Positions 1 through 9,218 of a DNA stretch of 64,000 bases are shown piece by piece. A model generated the notes under the pieces. The model searched no databases and was not told the origin of the DNA. It saw only the letters and a program-made list of their open reading frames with translations. Numbering within the stretch: position 1 is the first letter of the stretch; each line of letters starts with the position of its first letter. The position numbers were made by a program, and so were the translations under genes. This stretch comes from Frateuria sp. (GTDB taxonomy: Bacteria; Pseudomonadota; Gammaproteobacteria; Xanthomonadales; Rhodanobacteraceae): the NCBI RefSeq assembly GCF_035943815.1, contig NZ_DASZBU010000018.1, forward strand, positions 23,353 through 87,352, given 5' to 3'.

Positions 1-46
1 GCGCCCTTGGTTTCAAAGAAAATCGTTATGGTCGCAAAAGAAAAAA

Positions 47-60
47 GGTGTCAGGGACAA
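47..60 (+). repeat. Copy 1 of intergenic 14-nt motif GGTGTCAGGGACAA
   Basis: Exact 14-mer read directly in the sequence, preceded by AAAAAA. The core holds a small dyad, TGTC-N3-GACA. It lies downstream of the 3' end of the BLUF gene. Confidence 0.8.
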
Positions 61-194
61 TTAGGCGTTGATGTCGCGTATGCGTGACCGACCGGTGCTC
101 GTGTTTATCGGCTTGCTCATTGCGCGGCTGCAATAGGGAAAGCGAATACCGCGGCGCGCGACGGGCCCAGTCGGAGCCGTCGCGCGCGAAACGC

Positions 195-608
195 TCAGTT
201 CTGGAAGATCTTGAGCACCGTAGCGGCCGGAGAGGCGGCGCCGATCTTGCGGTCGGTCTTGGCCGCTTCGATGACTTCGACCAGCTCGGTGTACTTGTCC
301 GCCTGTCGATCCTCCAGGTTGATCATGTTCATGCTCCAGCGACCGAAGGTGCGGAACCTGGCCGGCTCGTTGTAGATGATGCGGGTGTTCCTGTGCCGCG
401 GGTCTTTTTCGATCCTGTGATACAGGCTGGTGAGGGTGACCAGCGGGCCTTCGAGGATCTGCAGGAACCAGCCCCCGTTGTAGAGCAGACTGCCCGTGAC
501 ATCGATCGGCTCGTTGTTTTGTTTGGCCTGCTCCTGGATCGACAACAGATCCTGGCGGGACATCTTCTGCACTGCCTCGCTGAGGTACACGAGCTGGTTT
601 ATCGACAT
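195..608 (-). CDS. BLUF-domain blue-light flavin photoreceptor (single domain, ~137 aa)
   Basis: ORF 195..650 trimmed to the ATG at 608, which has AGGA 6 nt upstream. INQLVYLSEA...GWFLQILEGP...FGRWSM matches the BLUF signature (conserved Tyr, Gln, Trp/Met). Confidence 0.85.
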   Translation of the reverse strand: MSINQLVYLSEAVQKMSRQDLLSIQEQAKQNNEPIDVTGSLLYNGGWFLQILEGPLVTLTSLYHRIEKDPRHRNTRIIYNEPARFRTFGRWSMNMINLEDRQADKYTELVEVIEAAKTDRKIGAASPAATVLKIFQN

Positions 609-862
609 GACAGATCCTGGTTGGGGCGAGGTGACGATCCAGGGCGTCATACGAACGAGGCGCGGAATTGGATGACCGGACCGAACAGAGGAACAAAGGT
701 GCCAAGGACATTTTTGGGACCTCGGCCCGGACGTCTAGCGGAGCTGAGAAAGGCGTCCATAGCGTTGCGTCGCTTGTGACCCGTCAACTTGCGACCTGGC
801 AGGAACGTCAAAGCGCACGTGTTGCTTCGGCGGGTCAGGAGCGATCATGGGGATACTTGCTC

Positions 863-900
863 GTGCCCAATCTGGGCATTAATATGCCCGATATGGGCAC
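863..900. promoter_or_regulatory. Twin palindromes (TGCCCA-N3-TGGGCA and TGCCC-N5-GGGCA) overlapping the MNT start codon; putative TA operator
   Basis: The sequence gtgcccaatctgggcat-taat-atgcccgatatgggcac was read directly. The two arms are also inverted relative to each other (13/17). The second palindrome covers the ATG at 884. Confidence 0.55.
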
Positions 901-1531
901 GAAGACTAGGGGGAGAATCAGCGAGGCGGCTGCGCTTTATGCGCAGGCCAACCTTTCCGATGCGCTTTTCACCACGACCCAGCAGCGCGTGCTCGGCTGC
1001 CTTTTCGGCCAGCCCGAGCGCAGCTTCACCATCAGCGACCTCAAGAACACCACCGGCGCGGGCAGCGGGGCGGTGCAGCGCGAGGTGGCCCGCCTGGCCG
1101 GCAGTGGGTTGCTCGCGCTGGAGCAGGTCGGCAACCAGAAGCACTACCGCGCCAACCCCGATTGCCCGATCCATGATGAGTTGGTGGCCATCGTCCGCAA
1201 GACCTTCGGGCTGGCCGAGCCGCTGCGCCAAGCCTTGGCGCCTTTGGCGGACCGCATCCAGGCGGCTTTCGTGTACGGCTCCGTGGCCAAGCGCAGCGAT
1301 ACCGCGTCCAGCGACGTCGACCTGATGCTGATTTCGGACACGCTGACCTATGCGGAGGCGATGGCCGCGCTGCACGATGTCTCCGACCAATTGGGGCGTG
1401 AGATCAATCCCACCATCTACAGCCTGGACGAGTGGCGCTCGCGCGTGGAGGCCGGCAACAGCTTCGTTACCCGGGTGCTTGCCCAGCCGCGAATCGATCT
1501 GATGGGGAGCGCTGATGGCCTCGGCGCTTGA
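884..1531 (+). CDS. wHTH + minimal nucleotidyltransferase (MNT-type antitoxin of a HEPN/MNT pair)
   Basis: ORF 668..1531 trimmed to the ATG at 884. Carries the NTase motif VYGSVAKRSDTASSDVDLMLISD. The N-terminal ~90 aa look like a winged helix (QQRVLGCLF...TISDLKNTTGAGSGAVQREVARLAGSGLL). Its stop overlaps the next gene. Confidence 0.8.
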   Translation: MPDMGTKTRGRISEAAALYAQANLSDALFTTTQQRVLGCLFGQPERSFTISDLKNTTGAGSGAVQREVARLAGSGLLALEQVGNQKHYRANPDCPIHDELVAIVRKTFGLAEPLRQALAPLADRIQAAFVYGSVAKRSDTASSDVDLMLISDTLTYAEAMAALHDVSDQLGREINPTIYSLDEWRSRVEAGNSFVTRVLAQPRIDLMGSADGLGA

Positions 1532-1932
1532 AAACCTCCGGCTCCGGCAAGGCCCTGGCTGTCGAACCGCCGGATGCTGCCGAGATCGCCGGCCTGATCC
1601 GCTCCGGCCACACGCGCCTCGGTGATGCGCGCAAGGCCAGCCTCTCGCTGGAAAGTCGCTTCGACCTTGCCTATAACGCCGCGCATGCGCTGTGCCTTGC
1701 GGCGTTGCGTCGGAAGGGCTTTCGACCAAGGCACCGCTACATCGTGTTCCAGGGGCTGCCGCACACGCTGGGTCTCGGCCCGGAGGTCTGGCGCGTGCTC
1801 GCCAAGGCGCATGACGCGCGCAACCTCGCCGAGTACGAGGGACACGTCGATGTACCGGAACGGCTGGTGTTGGACGTGATTGCAGCCGCCGAAGTGGTGG
1901 CAGTGCAACTTGACGGCAAGAGGATGGAATGA
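1528..1932 (+). CDS. HEPN-domain protein (toxin partner of the MNT)
   Basis: 134-aa all-helical ORF. The TTG start at 1528 overlaps the MNT TGA (TTGA). It has a HEPN-like C-terminal motif, AHDARNLAEYEGH, and sits in the typical MNT-then-HEPN gene order. Confidence 0.7.
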   Translation: MKTSGSGKALAVEPPDAAEIAGLIRSGHTRLGDARKASLSLESRFDLAYNAAHALCLAALRRKGFRPRHRYIVFQGLPHTLGLGPEVWRVLAKAHDARNLAEYEGHVDVPERLVLDVIAAAEVVAVQLDGKRME

Positions 1933-2194
1933 AGTCGGTCGTTAGGTGAGCGCTGCTGCCTTGCTTCGTCCTTTCCGCGATCTGGTGTGCATGCTATGTG
2001 GCTACAGGTAGCGCTTCGTTCGCGACTACGGTTGGCGGGTTTGTCTTGTTAGTTGCGCTGATAGGTCTTCTGTACACCTAGCGAAGCGAAAATGCGGGTC
2101 ATAGTGCACTTCTCGATCCGGACTGGCCGAGCGTCGACCCAAGAAAGGGGCGAAGCAATCAAATAGCAGTAATTGCCTCTGGGCTGGCCCGGGT

Positions 2195-3139
2195 TCATTT
2201 TTCCGTGTTGCTGAATGAACCTGGCTCCTTCGGTTCCTCTCCTTGCCGCCGTTCCAGTGCGGCACGATCCCAATGGCCCAACTCGGCTGCCTGATCCCAG
2301 GTGCTTTGCAGAAACGCCCGGAGCATCTGTTCGGGGGATGCGGCCTCCTGGACTGCCTGATAGGGCAGGATGAATTCGCTCAGCTCCGGGTGGAAATAGG
2401 CCTGTGGGGGCTGCACGGCTGCCTCGGCCAGTCCCGCCGGCTGTGGCACGGCATAGGCGTAGAACGCCGCTTCCGGGAGTCGTGCGTCGCCGGGCCAGAA
2501 GCCGTGGCTGATCACTTCGTGCGAGTAGGCGTCGCGCTCGAACGCCGGCCCGCTGCGCGGCGGCGCCCGGCGCCCGGAGAACCGGGTCACCGCCAGGTCG
2601 AAGCTGCCCCAGAAGAAATTGACCGGGCTGCTCTTGCCGGCATAGCCGCAGCGCCACGAGGCGAACACGCGGTCGACCCTAACCAGGATGCGCCAGAACC
2701 GCTGCGCCCAGGCGCCGTCGTAGATAGCCGGCCGGCTGTCGTCGTCCAGCCGTACCGGCGTGGGCATCTCGACCGTCACTGGCCAGATCCGCACCGCGAG
2801 GTCCATGTCCGCGAGCGCCTCCATCAGCGCTCTGTAGAACGCGCCGATGCTGTGTGATGCCAGCGGCAGCCTTCGTGTCGCACCGTCGGTGCAGTCGATC
2901 TGCAGGACGTGATCGAGGAAGTCGAAGGCGAGCGTAAACGAGCGTGAGCCATGCGGCAGCATGCCGGTGGACAGGCCGCGCGCAGTCACGTGCAGCGCCA
3001 CGCCCCAGCAATGGTTGAGCGGCGGCGCCAGCGCCAGCGCCACCTTGCCCACCATCTGCGAATACAGATGCAGGGTTGCGTAGGTGTCCTTCCAAGAGGC
3101 GTATGGCAAGGACGGCCAGGCCCGGTCGTCGTCCGTCAT
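2195..3139 (-). CDS. Conserved hypothetical protein (resembles the DUF5996 family)
   Basis: 314-aa ORF. Strings such as WPSLPYASWKDTYATLHLYSQMVGK, SPVNFFWGSFDLAVTRFSGRRAP and AYSHEVISHGFWPG match my recollection of DUF5996 proteins. Confidence 0.7.
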   Translation of the reverse strand: MTDDDRAWPSLPYASWKDTYATLHLYSQMVGKVALALAPPLNHCWGVALHVTARGLSTGMLPHGSRSFTLAFDFLDHVLQIDCTDGATRRLPLASHSIGAFYRALMEALADMDLAVRIWPVTVEMPTPVRLDDDSRPAIYDGAWAQRFWRILVRVDRVFASWRCGYAGKSSPVNFFWGSFDLAVTRFSGRRAPPRSGPAFERDAYSHEVISHGFWPGDARLPEAAFYAYAVPQPAGLAEAAVQPPQAYFHPELSEFILPYQAVQEAASPEQMLRAFLQSTWDQAAELGHWDRAALERRQGEEPKEPGSFSNTEK

Positions 3140-3238
3140 GCGGCACCTCCGATACCCGTTGCCACAGGTCGTGCGGGAAGCTGAGGGTAGGGTGCTAGCC
3201 GTTACGGGGGCCGCATGGGATCGTGGAGAAGGACAAAG

Positions 3239-3252
3239 GGTGTCAGGGACAA
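3239..3252 (+). repeat. Copy 2 of GGTGTCAGGGACAA
   Basis: Exact 14-mer, intergenic between the DUF5996 5' end and the DsbA-like 3' end. It is followed by a local hairpin, AGGGAcaacTCCCT. Confidence 0.8.
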
Positions 3253-3393
3253 CTCCCTAAATCAGGCCCCTGGCTTCGCACTTTCTTGCACCTCGCGCTC
3301 GGAGTGAGCCTTGCCCGCTCCGCCGTTCCCGGATCGACGCTTCGCGGCCCCCGACCAGGACCATCCTTCCGCCTGGCTCCTTGGCCCAGGGAA

Positions 3394-3939
3394 TCACCGC
3401 CCCGCCAGTGCCCCCTCGATCTGCCGACCCAGCGCGCGGGAGTCGCCTTCGAACAGCCGCCCGTTGACGAAGAAGGAGGGCGTGCTGTTCACGCCACTTC
3501 GCTGTCCGCTTTGCATGTCCCGGCCTACGCGCTCGGCGGGCTCGCCGCTTTCGATGGCTCGGGCGATGGCGGTCTCGTCGACGCCAAGCTCCCGCAGCCC
3601 TTGCTGGAGGCCCGGGACGCCTTCGGCCACCCATCGGTCGTGATTGTCGTAGAGCCAGTCGTGCATGGCCCAGAAGTCGCCGCGCAGGCCGACCGCCTCG
3701 GCGACCTGGGCCGCCGGCATCGCCAGCTCATGCATCCCGGTGAGCGGAAAGTGCCGGAAGACCAGGCGCAGGTCCTCCCCATACTGTTGCTGCAGCTGCT
3801 TGACCATGGGATGCGCCATCGCGCAGTAGCGGCATTGGTAGTCGCCGTACTCGATCACGGTGACCGCGGCGTCCGGGCTGCCCTGGACATGGTCGTCGTG
3901 TGAAACCGGATCAGTCAGCGTGGCGTCGTGTGCATTCAT
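3394..3939 (-). CDS. DsbA-family thioredoxin-fold protein (no signal peptide)
   Basis: ORF 3394..4170 trimmed to the ATG at 3939. Has a CxxC motif in VIEYGDYQCRYCAM and a C-terminal GVNSTPSFFVNG motif typical of the DsbA/Thioredoxin_4 fold. Confidence 0.8.
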   Translation of the reverse strand: MNAHDATLTDPVSHDDHVQGSPDAAVTVIEYGDYQCRYCAMAHPMVKQLQQQYGEDLRLVFRHFPLTGMHELAMPAAQVAEAVGLRGDFWAMHDWLYDNHDRWVAEGVPGLQQGLRELGVDETAIARAIESGEPAERVGRDMQSGQRSGVNSTPSFFVNGRLFEGDSRALGRQIEGALAGR

Positions 3940-4327
3940 CGGTCGAGGGCCGTCTGGCCGTCCGCAGGACGAAAAGCACAGCCTGGAGGGGAGCGGGTTG
4001 TCGAGGCGTCGACTGGCGGTGAGGAATAGCAGAGGCGGGGAAACGGGGGCGGGCTCACTTCGCCGCGTGCCTTCAACATCCGGGAAGCGGTGGGTCGCCC
4101 GATCCCGTGCGCTGGGTCTGCGCCTGCGACGGACAGGATGCGGCCCCGTGTCCTTGTGGTCTCCTGCCAAACTGCCCCATCATGGTCGGCACGCGCGGCG
4201 CACCGGGCCGCGACCTCATGCCTGTTGCCCTTTCGTGGCAATGTCCGCATTGGCCGGTCGAGATCCTTGCGGTACCGAGGTCGCCTGTCGTGCCCACCGT
4301 TCTGCCGCGACCGACAAGGACCAAGGC

Positions 4328-5533
4328 ATGTACCCGTCGCCTGCCGTACAAGCTGCCGATACCGAGGTCTTCATTACCCCCAAGTTGTACGCCCGGGTCC
4401 CCCGCAAGGTCGACTACCGGCAGGAGAAGGCCGCGCTGCAGGACCTGGCGGGGCGCATGGCCGGCAGCCCCGACGAGCTCCTTCCGCGGCTGGTCGACCT
4501 CGCCCTGGAGACGACAGGCGCGACGACCGGCGGATTGAGCCTCTACGAGGAAGCGTCCACGCCCGCCGTCTTTCGCTGGCACTTTTTGCGCGGCAAGCTG
4601 GCGCCCTTGGTCGGCGGGACGGCGCCGCGCGACTACAGCCCCTGCGGCATCACGCTGGACCAGCGCGCCCCCGTGCTCGCCCAGAACCCCGAAAAGCTCT
4701 ACGACTGGCTGGCCGAAGCGGGCATGTCGCTGCCGGAGGTATTGCTCGTGCCGCTGTACGTCGGCAACGAGGCGCCGCTGGGTACGCTTTGGGTGGTCGC
4801 GGAAAGCAACGGGCACTTCGATGGTGAGCATGCCCGCGTCCTGAGCGAATTCGCCTCGTTCGTGGATATCGCCCTGCGCATGGTGCGCAGCGAGCAGCAC
4901 CTGCGCCAGGCACTCGACGAGCAGGAGATGCTCACGCGGGAGATGAACCACCGCATCCAGAACCTGTTCGCGATGACCCACAGCCTGGTCCGCATGAGCG
5001 CACGCCACGCCGGCAGCGCAGGCGAACTGGCCGATACGCTGCTGGGACGGCTCGGCGCGCTGCAGCGCGCCCACGGGTTGGTGCGCCGCGGTTTCGCCTC
5101 GACCCAGGCCACCGCCACGGGATCGGACCTGGCTGGCCTGATCCGGGACATCATGAAGCCGCACGAAGGCCAGCCCGGTAACGAGTCGACGCGATGCATC
5201 ATCCGTGGAGCGCCGCTTTCCTGCGGCCAGCGCAGCACGACGGCTCTTGCGCTCGTCTTCCACGAGCTGGCGACCAACGCAGCCAAGTACGGTGCCCTCT
5301 CCACCGAGGCTGGCCGGGTCGCCATCGAGTGGCGGGAAGAGGATGGCAACCTGCTACTGCGTTGGGTGGAGAGTGGAGGGCCGCTGATCGAGGCCGCGCC
5401 TGGCCATTCCGGCTTCGGGGCCACCCTGGTCTCGAACTCCGTGACCCGGCAGCTTGGCGGCACGCTCCGGCAGGATTGGCAGCCGGCAGGGCTGGTGCTG
5501 GAGATCGAGCTGCCGATGGCGGCGCTTGAATAA
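4328..5533 (+). CDS. GAF-domain sensor histidine kinase, HWE/HisKA_2 type (orphan)
   Basis: ORF 3860..5533 trimmed to the ATG at 4328 (AAGGA upstream). The N-terminal region is GAF-like. H-box is EMNHRIQNLFAMTHSLV, followed by RLGALQRAHGLV. ATPase motifs are HELATNAAKYGAL and GFGATL. Confidence 0.85.
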   Translation: MYPSPAVQAADTEVFITPKLYARVPRKVDYRQEKAALQDLAGRMAGSPDELLPRLVDLALETTGATTGGLSLYEEASTPAVFRWHFLRGKLAPLVGGTAPRDYSPCGITLDQRAPVLAQNPEKLYDWLAEAGMSLPEVLLVPLYVGNEAPLGTLWVVAESNGHFDGEHARVLSEFASFVDIALRMVRSEQHLRQALDEQEMLTREMNHRIQNLFAMTHSLVRMSARHAGSAGELADTLLGRLGALQRAHGLVRRGFASTQATATGSDLAGLIRDIMKPHEGQPGNESTRCIIRGAPLSCGQRSTTALALVFHELATNAAKYGALSTEAGRVAIEWREEDGNLLLRWVESGGPLIEAAPGHSGFGATLVSNSVTRQLGGTLRQDWQPAGLVLEIELPMAALE

Positions 5534-5537
5534 AAAA

Positions 5538-5551
5538 GGTGCCAGGGACAA
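5538..5551 (+). repeat. Copy 3 (one mismatch) GGTGCCAGGGACAA
   Basis: 13/14 match, preceded by AAAAAA. It starts 4 nt after the kinase TAA stop and lies between convergent genes. Confidence 0.7.
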
Positions 5552-5584
5552 TTCTCGAAAGAACTGGAGTCGGAGCGCGCCTTT

Positions 5585-6904
5585 TTAGGGGTGGCTCGGC
5601 GATCTCTTCCGCAGAACCTCGCCCGCCTTGCCGCGCGTGGTCAGCACGGCGGCGAAGCCGCCGTGGGGCGTGCGCATGTTGGTGGTCTGGCCCTGGTACA
5701 GGCGCGCGGCGAACAGGATCACCCCGCGCTCGGTGGCGTAGCAGCGCACGTCGGTCTTGAGCGGCACGCCGGAGGCGCTGATCCGCACGCCCGGCGGCTC
5801 GAATGCCTGCGCGACGTAGTCCGCGCCGGCGATGGTCTCCCACATGCGTCGGGTGAGCTTGTCGCCGCGGTACGAGCCGCGGCTGCCGTAGCCGTTGGCC
5901 GGCTTGAAGAAGTAGTGCGCACGGTCGGCCCATAGCGCTTCGCGGTTGTCCGCCGTCACCTGCACCGTGGGAGGGATGCCGCCGGCCAGCACGGTGGCGT
6001 CGCCCGGGTTCAGGCCCAGCGAGAGCAGAAAGTCGCGGTTGCCCAGGACGGTCATGTTGCGCTTGTCCGCCAGCAGGGCGTGCGCGCGCGGGTGGGGCGA
6101 AAGGGCCACGGCGCCCTGGCGATAGGCCGTCGCGAGCGCGGCCGAGCCGGCCTCGCCCAGGGCGAAGTCGGTCAGGCGGTTGTAGACGAAATCCACGGCG
6201 CCGCCGGCGTCGCGCAACGCACGCCCGTCCCAGGACAGCGTGGCCGGCGCGTGGATCGTGCACGGCACGCCATGCTGTTCGAACGCCTGCCGGTAGAGGT
6301 GAAACTCCGGGTACAGGAACTGCGCCGGCGGGTCTTCATCGACGATCGCCATGCGTGAGGGTGGGTGCCCGAGCTGCGCCTTTGCCTCATCCAACCACGC
6401 CTGCGTGCCCGCCGCCACCGCGGCGTCGGTGGTGGTCGTCGTCGTCCAGGCGTGGGGCACGCAGGATTCCACGGCATCGAGCGCGAACGCGTTCAGCAAC
6501 AGGCCGCCGGGGTTGGTGTTGATCTCGATGAGCCGCGGGCCGTGCTCGGTCAGGTGGAAGTCCAGGCCGATCACGCCGCCGGGCGAATGGGGATCGTGCC
6601 GGGCGATCGGCGGCGCCCAGGCGAGCACGCGCTCGGCATAGGCCGGCGCGTGGCCCACCGCGAACAGCGCGCGGGTGATGTGCTCCATGGTGGCCAGCGA
6701 GGCGCGATCGACGAACAGCGCCTGGGGCGCAAAGAGATGCGCGTGCCGGGTCGGGTCCAGCCCGGCGGTGTCCTGCAGGATGTGCACGATGCGCGCGTGC
6801 AGCTGCGCCGGCGCGACGACGGAACAGCCGCACTGCCGGTTCAGCGACGCGGCCGCCAGCGTGGCGTCGTCATCCGCGCAAGCGTTCCTGCAGCGTGTGC
6901 TCAT
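5585..6904 (-). CDS. ATP-grasp-fold protein of unknown specificity
   Basis: ORF 5585..7132 trimmed to the ATG at 6904. The segments GVIGLDFHLTEHGPRLIEINTNPGG, FFKPANGYGSRGSYRG, YVAQAF and RCYATERGVILFAARLYQGQTTNMRTPHGGFAAV are ATP-grasp-like. The subfamily is not resolved. Confidence 0.6.
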   Translation of the reverse strand: MSTRCRNACADDDATLAAASLNRQCGCSVVAPAQLHARIVHILQDTAGLDPTRHAHLFAPQALFVDRASLATMEHITRALFAVGHAPAYAERVLAWAPPIARHDPHSPGGVIGLDFHLTEHGPRLIEINTNPGGLLLNAFALDAVESCVPHAWTTTTTTDAAVAAGTQAWLDEAKAQLGHPPSRMAIVDEDPPAQFLYPEFHLYRQAFEQHGVPCTIHAPATLSWDGRALRDAGGAVDFVYNRLTDFALGEAGSAALATAYRQGAVALSPHPRAHALLADKRNMTVLGNRDFLLSLGLNPGDATVLAGGIPPTVQVTADNREALWADRAHYFFKPANGYGSRGSYRGDKLTRRMWETIAGADYVAQAFEPPGVRISASGVPLKTDVRCYATERGVILFAARLYQGQTTNMRTPHGGFAAVLTTRGKAGEVLRKRSPSHP

Positions 6905-7472
6905 GCGTCTCAGGCCCTTACTGTCCGGAGTGCAGGTTACCGGTCGCGGACTGAATGCCCAAAGAGAAACAGGGGCGAAAGCGCATTTCCTTGAACGCGG
7001 GGCACCGGAAGGCGGCGGTGGCTTCATTTGCGGTGCCGCGCGCCTGCGTCTGTTTTGGTATCGTGAAAAAGCATGCTCTGCCCCGAATGCCAATCCGCTG
7101 CGGATTCCGGTGATGGCCGAACACCGTTCCATGACGGTCTGGGCCGCGTCGACCGGCAGGCGTCCGCCATCCGCAAAGACGCGGATGTACTTGCGAGCAC
7201 GTCCGCGTCGGAAGCGTAAGCGGACAAGCGATCTGCGAAAGGGGCGCGCGACGAAGCCGCAGGCCGGCTAAAGGAGATCGCCGGCGACAACAAGCCATAT
7301 CGACCACCCGACCCGCCCACGGGCGCATGGTCGAATGACAAGACACCCACGCTTGGGCGAGTACGTAGGAATGTGCTTCACAGCGTAGTCCGGGCGACAA
7401 TCACCGACCCGGCGCCCGTGCCATGCCGACCTCCAATATGTTGGCGGCGGAGCTGCGGTGGAACTTCCAGCC

Positions 7473-8858
7473 ATGACCGAACAAGCTCCCATGTCGACCG
7501 AGCACACCCCTTCGGTTTCGCTGCGCGAAGCCACTCGCGTATGGACCAAGGTCGGGCTATTGAGTTTCGGCGGCCCCGCTGGACAGATCGCGGTGATGCA
7601 TCGCGAGCTGGTTGAGACCCGTCGCTGGATCAGCGATGCGCGCTTCCTGCACGCGCTCAACTATTGCATGTTGCTGCCAGGTCCCGAGGCCACGCAGCTG
7701 GCGATCTATATCGCTTGGATGCTGCATCGAACGGTGGGCGGCTTGATCGCCGGCGTGCTGTTCGTCTTGCCGGGCTTCTTCACAATCCTTGCGCTGAGCA
7801 TCGTCTACGCGCTCTATGGCCAAGTCCCGCTCGTCTTCGCAATCTTCATCGGGTTGAAAGCGGCGGTGCTGGCGGTGGTAGTCCAGGCAGTCATCCGGAT
7901 CGGCCGCAAGGCGCTCAAGAACCGGATGATGGTACTTATCGCCGCACTGGCCTTCGTGGCGATCTACTTCTTCCGCGTGCCGTTCCCGTTGATCGTGCTT
8001 GGCGCCGGTTTCTGGGGCCTGCTTGGACGCTGGTGGATGCCGCGCAGCTTCCCGGCGCCAGCGTCGTCCGCGGCGGATGCATCGTCGGACTTCCTCATCG
8101 ACCGCCTGCTGGGCCAGGGGCGGCTTACCCACACGCGGCCCTCGGCTGCCCGCGCACTTCGCGTAACGCTGGCCTGGCTGGCGCTCTGGTGGATACCGGT
8201 GATCGCAGTGATCGCCGCATTCGGCCGGCACAGCGTGCTTGCGGGTGAAGGATTGTTTTTCAGCCAAGCCGCCGTGGTCACCTTCGGCGGCGCCTACGCC
8301 GTACTTGCTTACATTGCCCAGCGCGCCGTGGTCAGCTTCCATTGGATCACGCCAGGGCAGATGCTCGATGGCCTGGCGCTGGCCGAAACCACGCCCGGTC
8401 CTTTGATCATGGTCGTGCAATTCGTCGCTTTCCTTGGCGCCTACCATCACGAGACCAACCTGTCGCCAATGCTCGCCGGCGTGGTGGGATCGGTGCTGAC
8501 CACCTGGGTCACGTTTGTCCCGTGCTTCCTTTGGATCTTCCTCGGTGCGCCCTACATCGAAGCCCTGCGGAGCAACCGCGCGTTGCATGCAGCGCTGTCG
8601 GCGGTAACCGCTGCGGTGGTGGGCGTGGTGCTGAACCTGTCGGTGTGGTTCACCCTGCACGCGATCTTCGGACGCATAGATGAGCACTACTACGGCTGGT
8701 TGCGGCTGGAAAGCCCGGTCTGGGCCACGTTGCAGTGGCCATCGGCTGCGATTGCCGCTGCCGCGATGCTCGCCATGCTTCGCTTCAAGATTGGTATGGG
8801 TTGGGTGCTTCTGGCGAGTGGCCTGGCCGGCTTAGGGGTAGGTCTTGTCTTCAAATGA
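7473..8858 (+). CDS. chrA: Chromate efflux transporter ChrA
   Basis: GLLSFGGPAGQIAVMHRELVETRRWISDARFLHALNYCMLLPGPEATQLA is the classic ChrA N-terminal motif, and the second half is duplicated (TFGGAYAVLAYI...TPGPLIMV). Start is the ATG at 7473, or the GTG at 7458. Confidence 0.9.
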   Translation: MTEQAPMSTEHTPSVSLREATRVWTKVGLLSFGGPAGQIAVMHRELVETRRWISDARFLHALNYCMLLPGPEATQLAIYIAWMLHRTVGGLIAGVLFVLPGFFTILALSIVYALYGQVPLVFAIFIGLKAAVLAVVVQAVIRIGRKALKNRMMVLIAALAFVAIYFFRVPFPLIVLGAGFWGLLGRWWMPRSFPAPASSAADASSDFLIDRLLGQGRLTHTRPSAARALRVTLAWLALWWIPVIAVIAAFGRHSVLAGEGLFFSQAAVVTFGGAYAVLAYIAQRAVVSFHWITPGQMLDGLALAETTPGPLIMVVQFVAFLGAYHHETNLSPMLAGVVGSVLTTWVTFVPCFLWIFLGAPYIEALRSNRALHAALSAVTAAVVGVVLNLSVWFTLHAIFGRIDEHYYGWLRLESPVWATLQWPSAAIAAAAMLAMLRFKIGMGWVLLASGLAGLGVGLVFK

Positions 8859-9218
8859 GCGCTCCGCAAGCCTGCCTTCGGTTGCGCTGATCCTGAAGAA
8901 TGTCCGCTGGCGACGGCGGTTTCAATCGGCCAATGCAACAGCAGGGTGTTCAGCGCTCTGCGGAACGGATGTTCGATCAGTCCGGGAATCCGCAATCCAG
9001 CTACCACTCCCCTTACGCTCGCTTTGAGCGCGTCGCGGTCGACCCGCACGTGCCCAGTTTCCTGATGCGCTGCAGTAGTGTGGCGCCCGGTGGAACGAGA
9101 CGTCCGGCGCACCGGAAGTGCTCACGCGCACCCACGCACGCGGGCTGTATCCAGGGGCCCGGATCTAGCCGACAAAACCAGGACGGGTGACAGAGTGCGC
9201 TTTTCAAAGCTGAAACCG

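Noticed and set aside
3860-4327. 5' extensions of real genes suggested by the ORF track: 3860..4327 before the kinase, 26662..28008 before the M13 peptidase, 53342..54562 before dnaQ, 52470..53360 before mltD, 56563..57360, and 668..883 before the MNT gene.
   Set aside because: The extensions overlap other well-supported genes or have non-protein-like composition. Internal starts give proper signal peptides, SD motifs or conserved N-termini.
7073-7219. 48-aa plus-strand ORF beginning MLCPECQS... (zinc-ribbon-like CPxC) in the long spacer upstream of chrA.
   Set aside because: It has only one CxxC pair, no SD and otherwise non-descript composition. It is probably chance or a decayed fragment.
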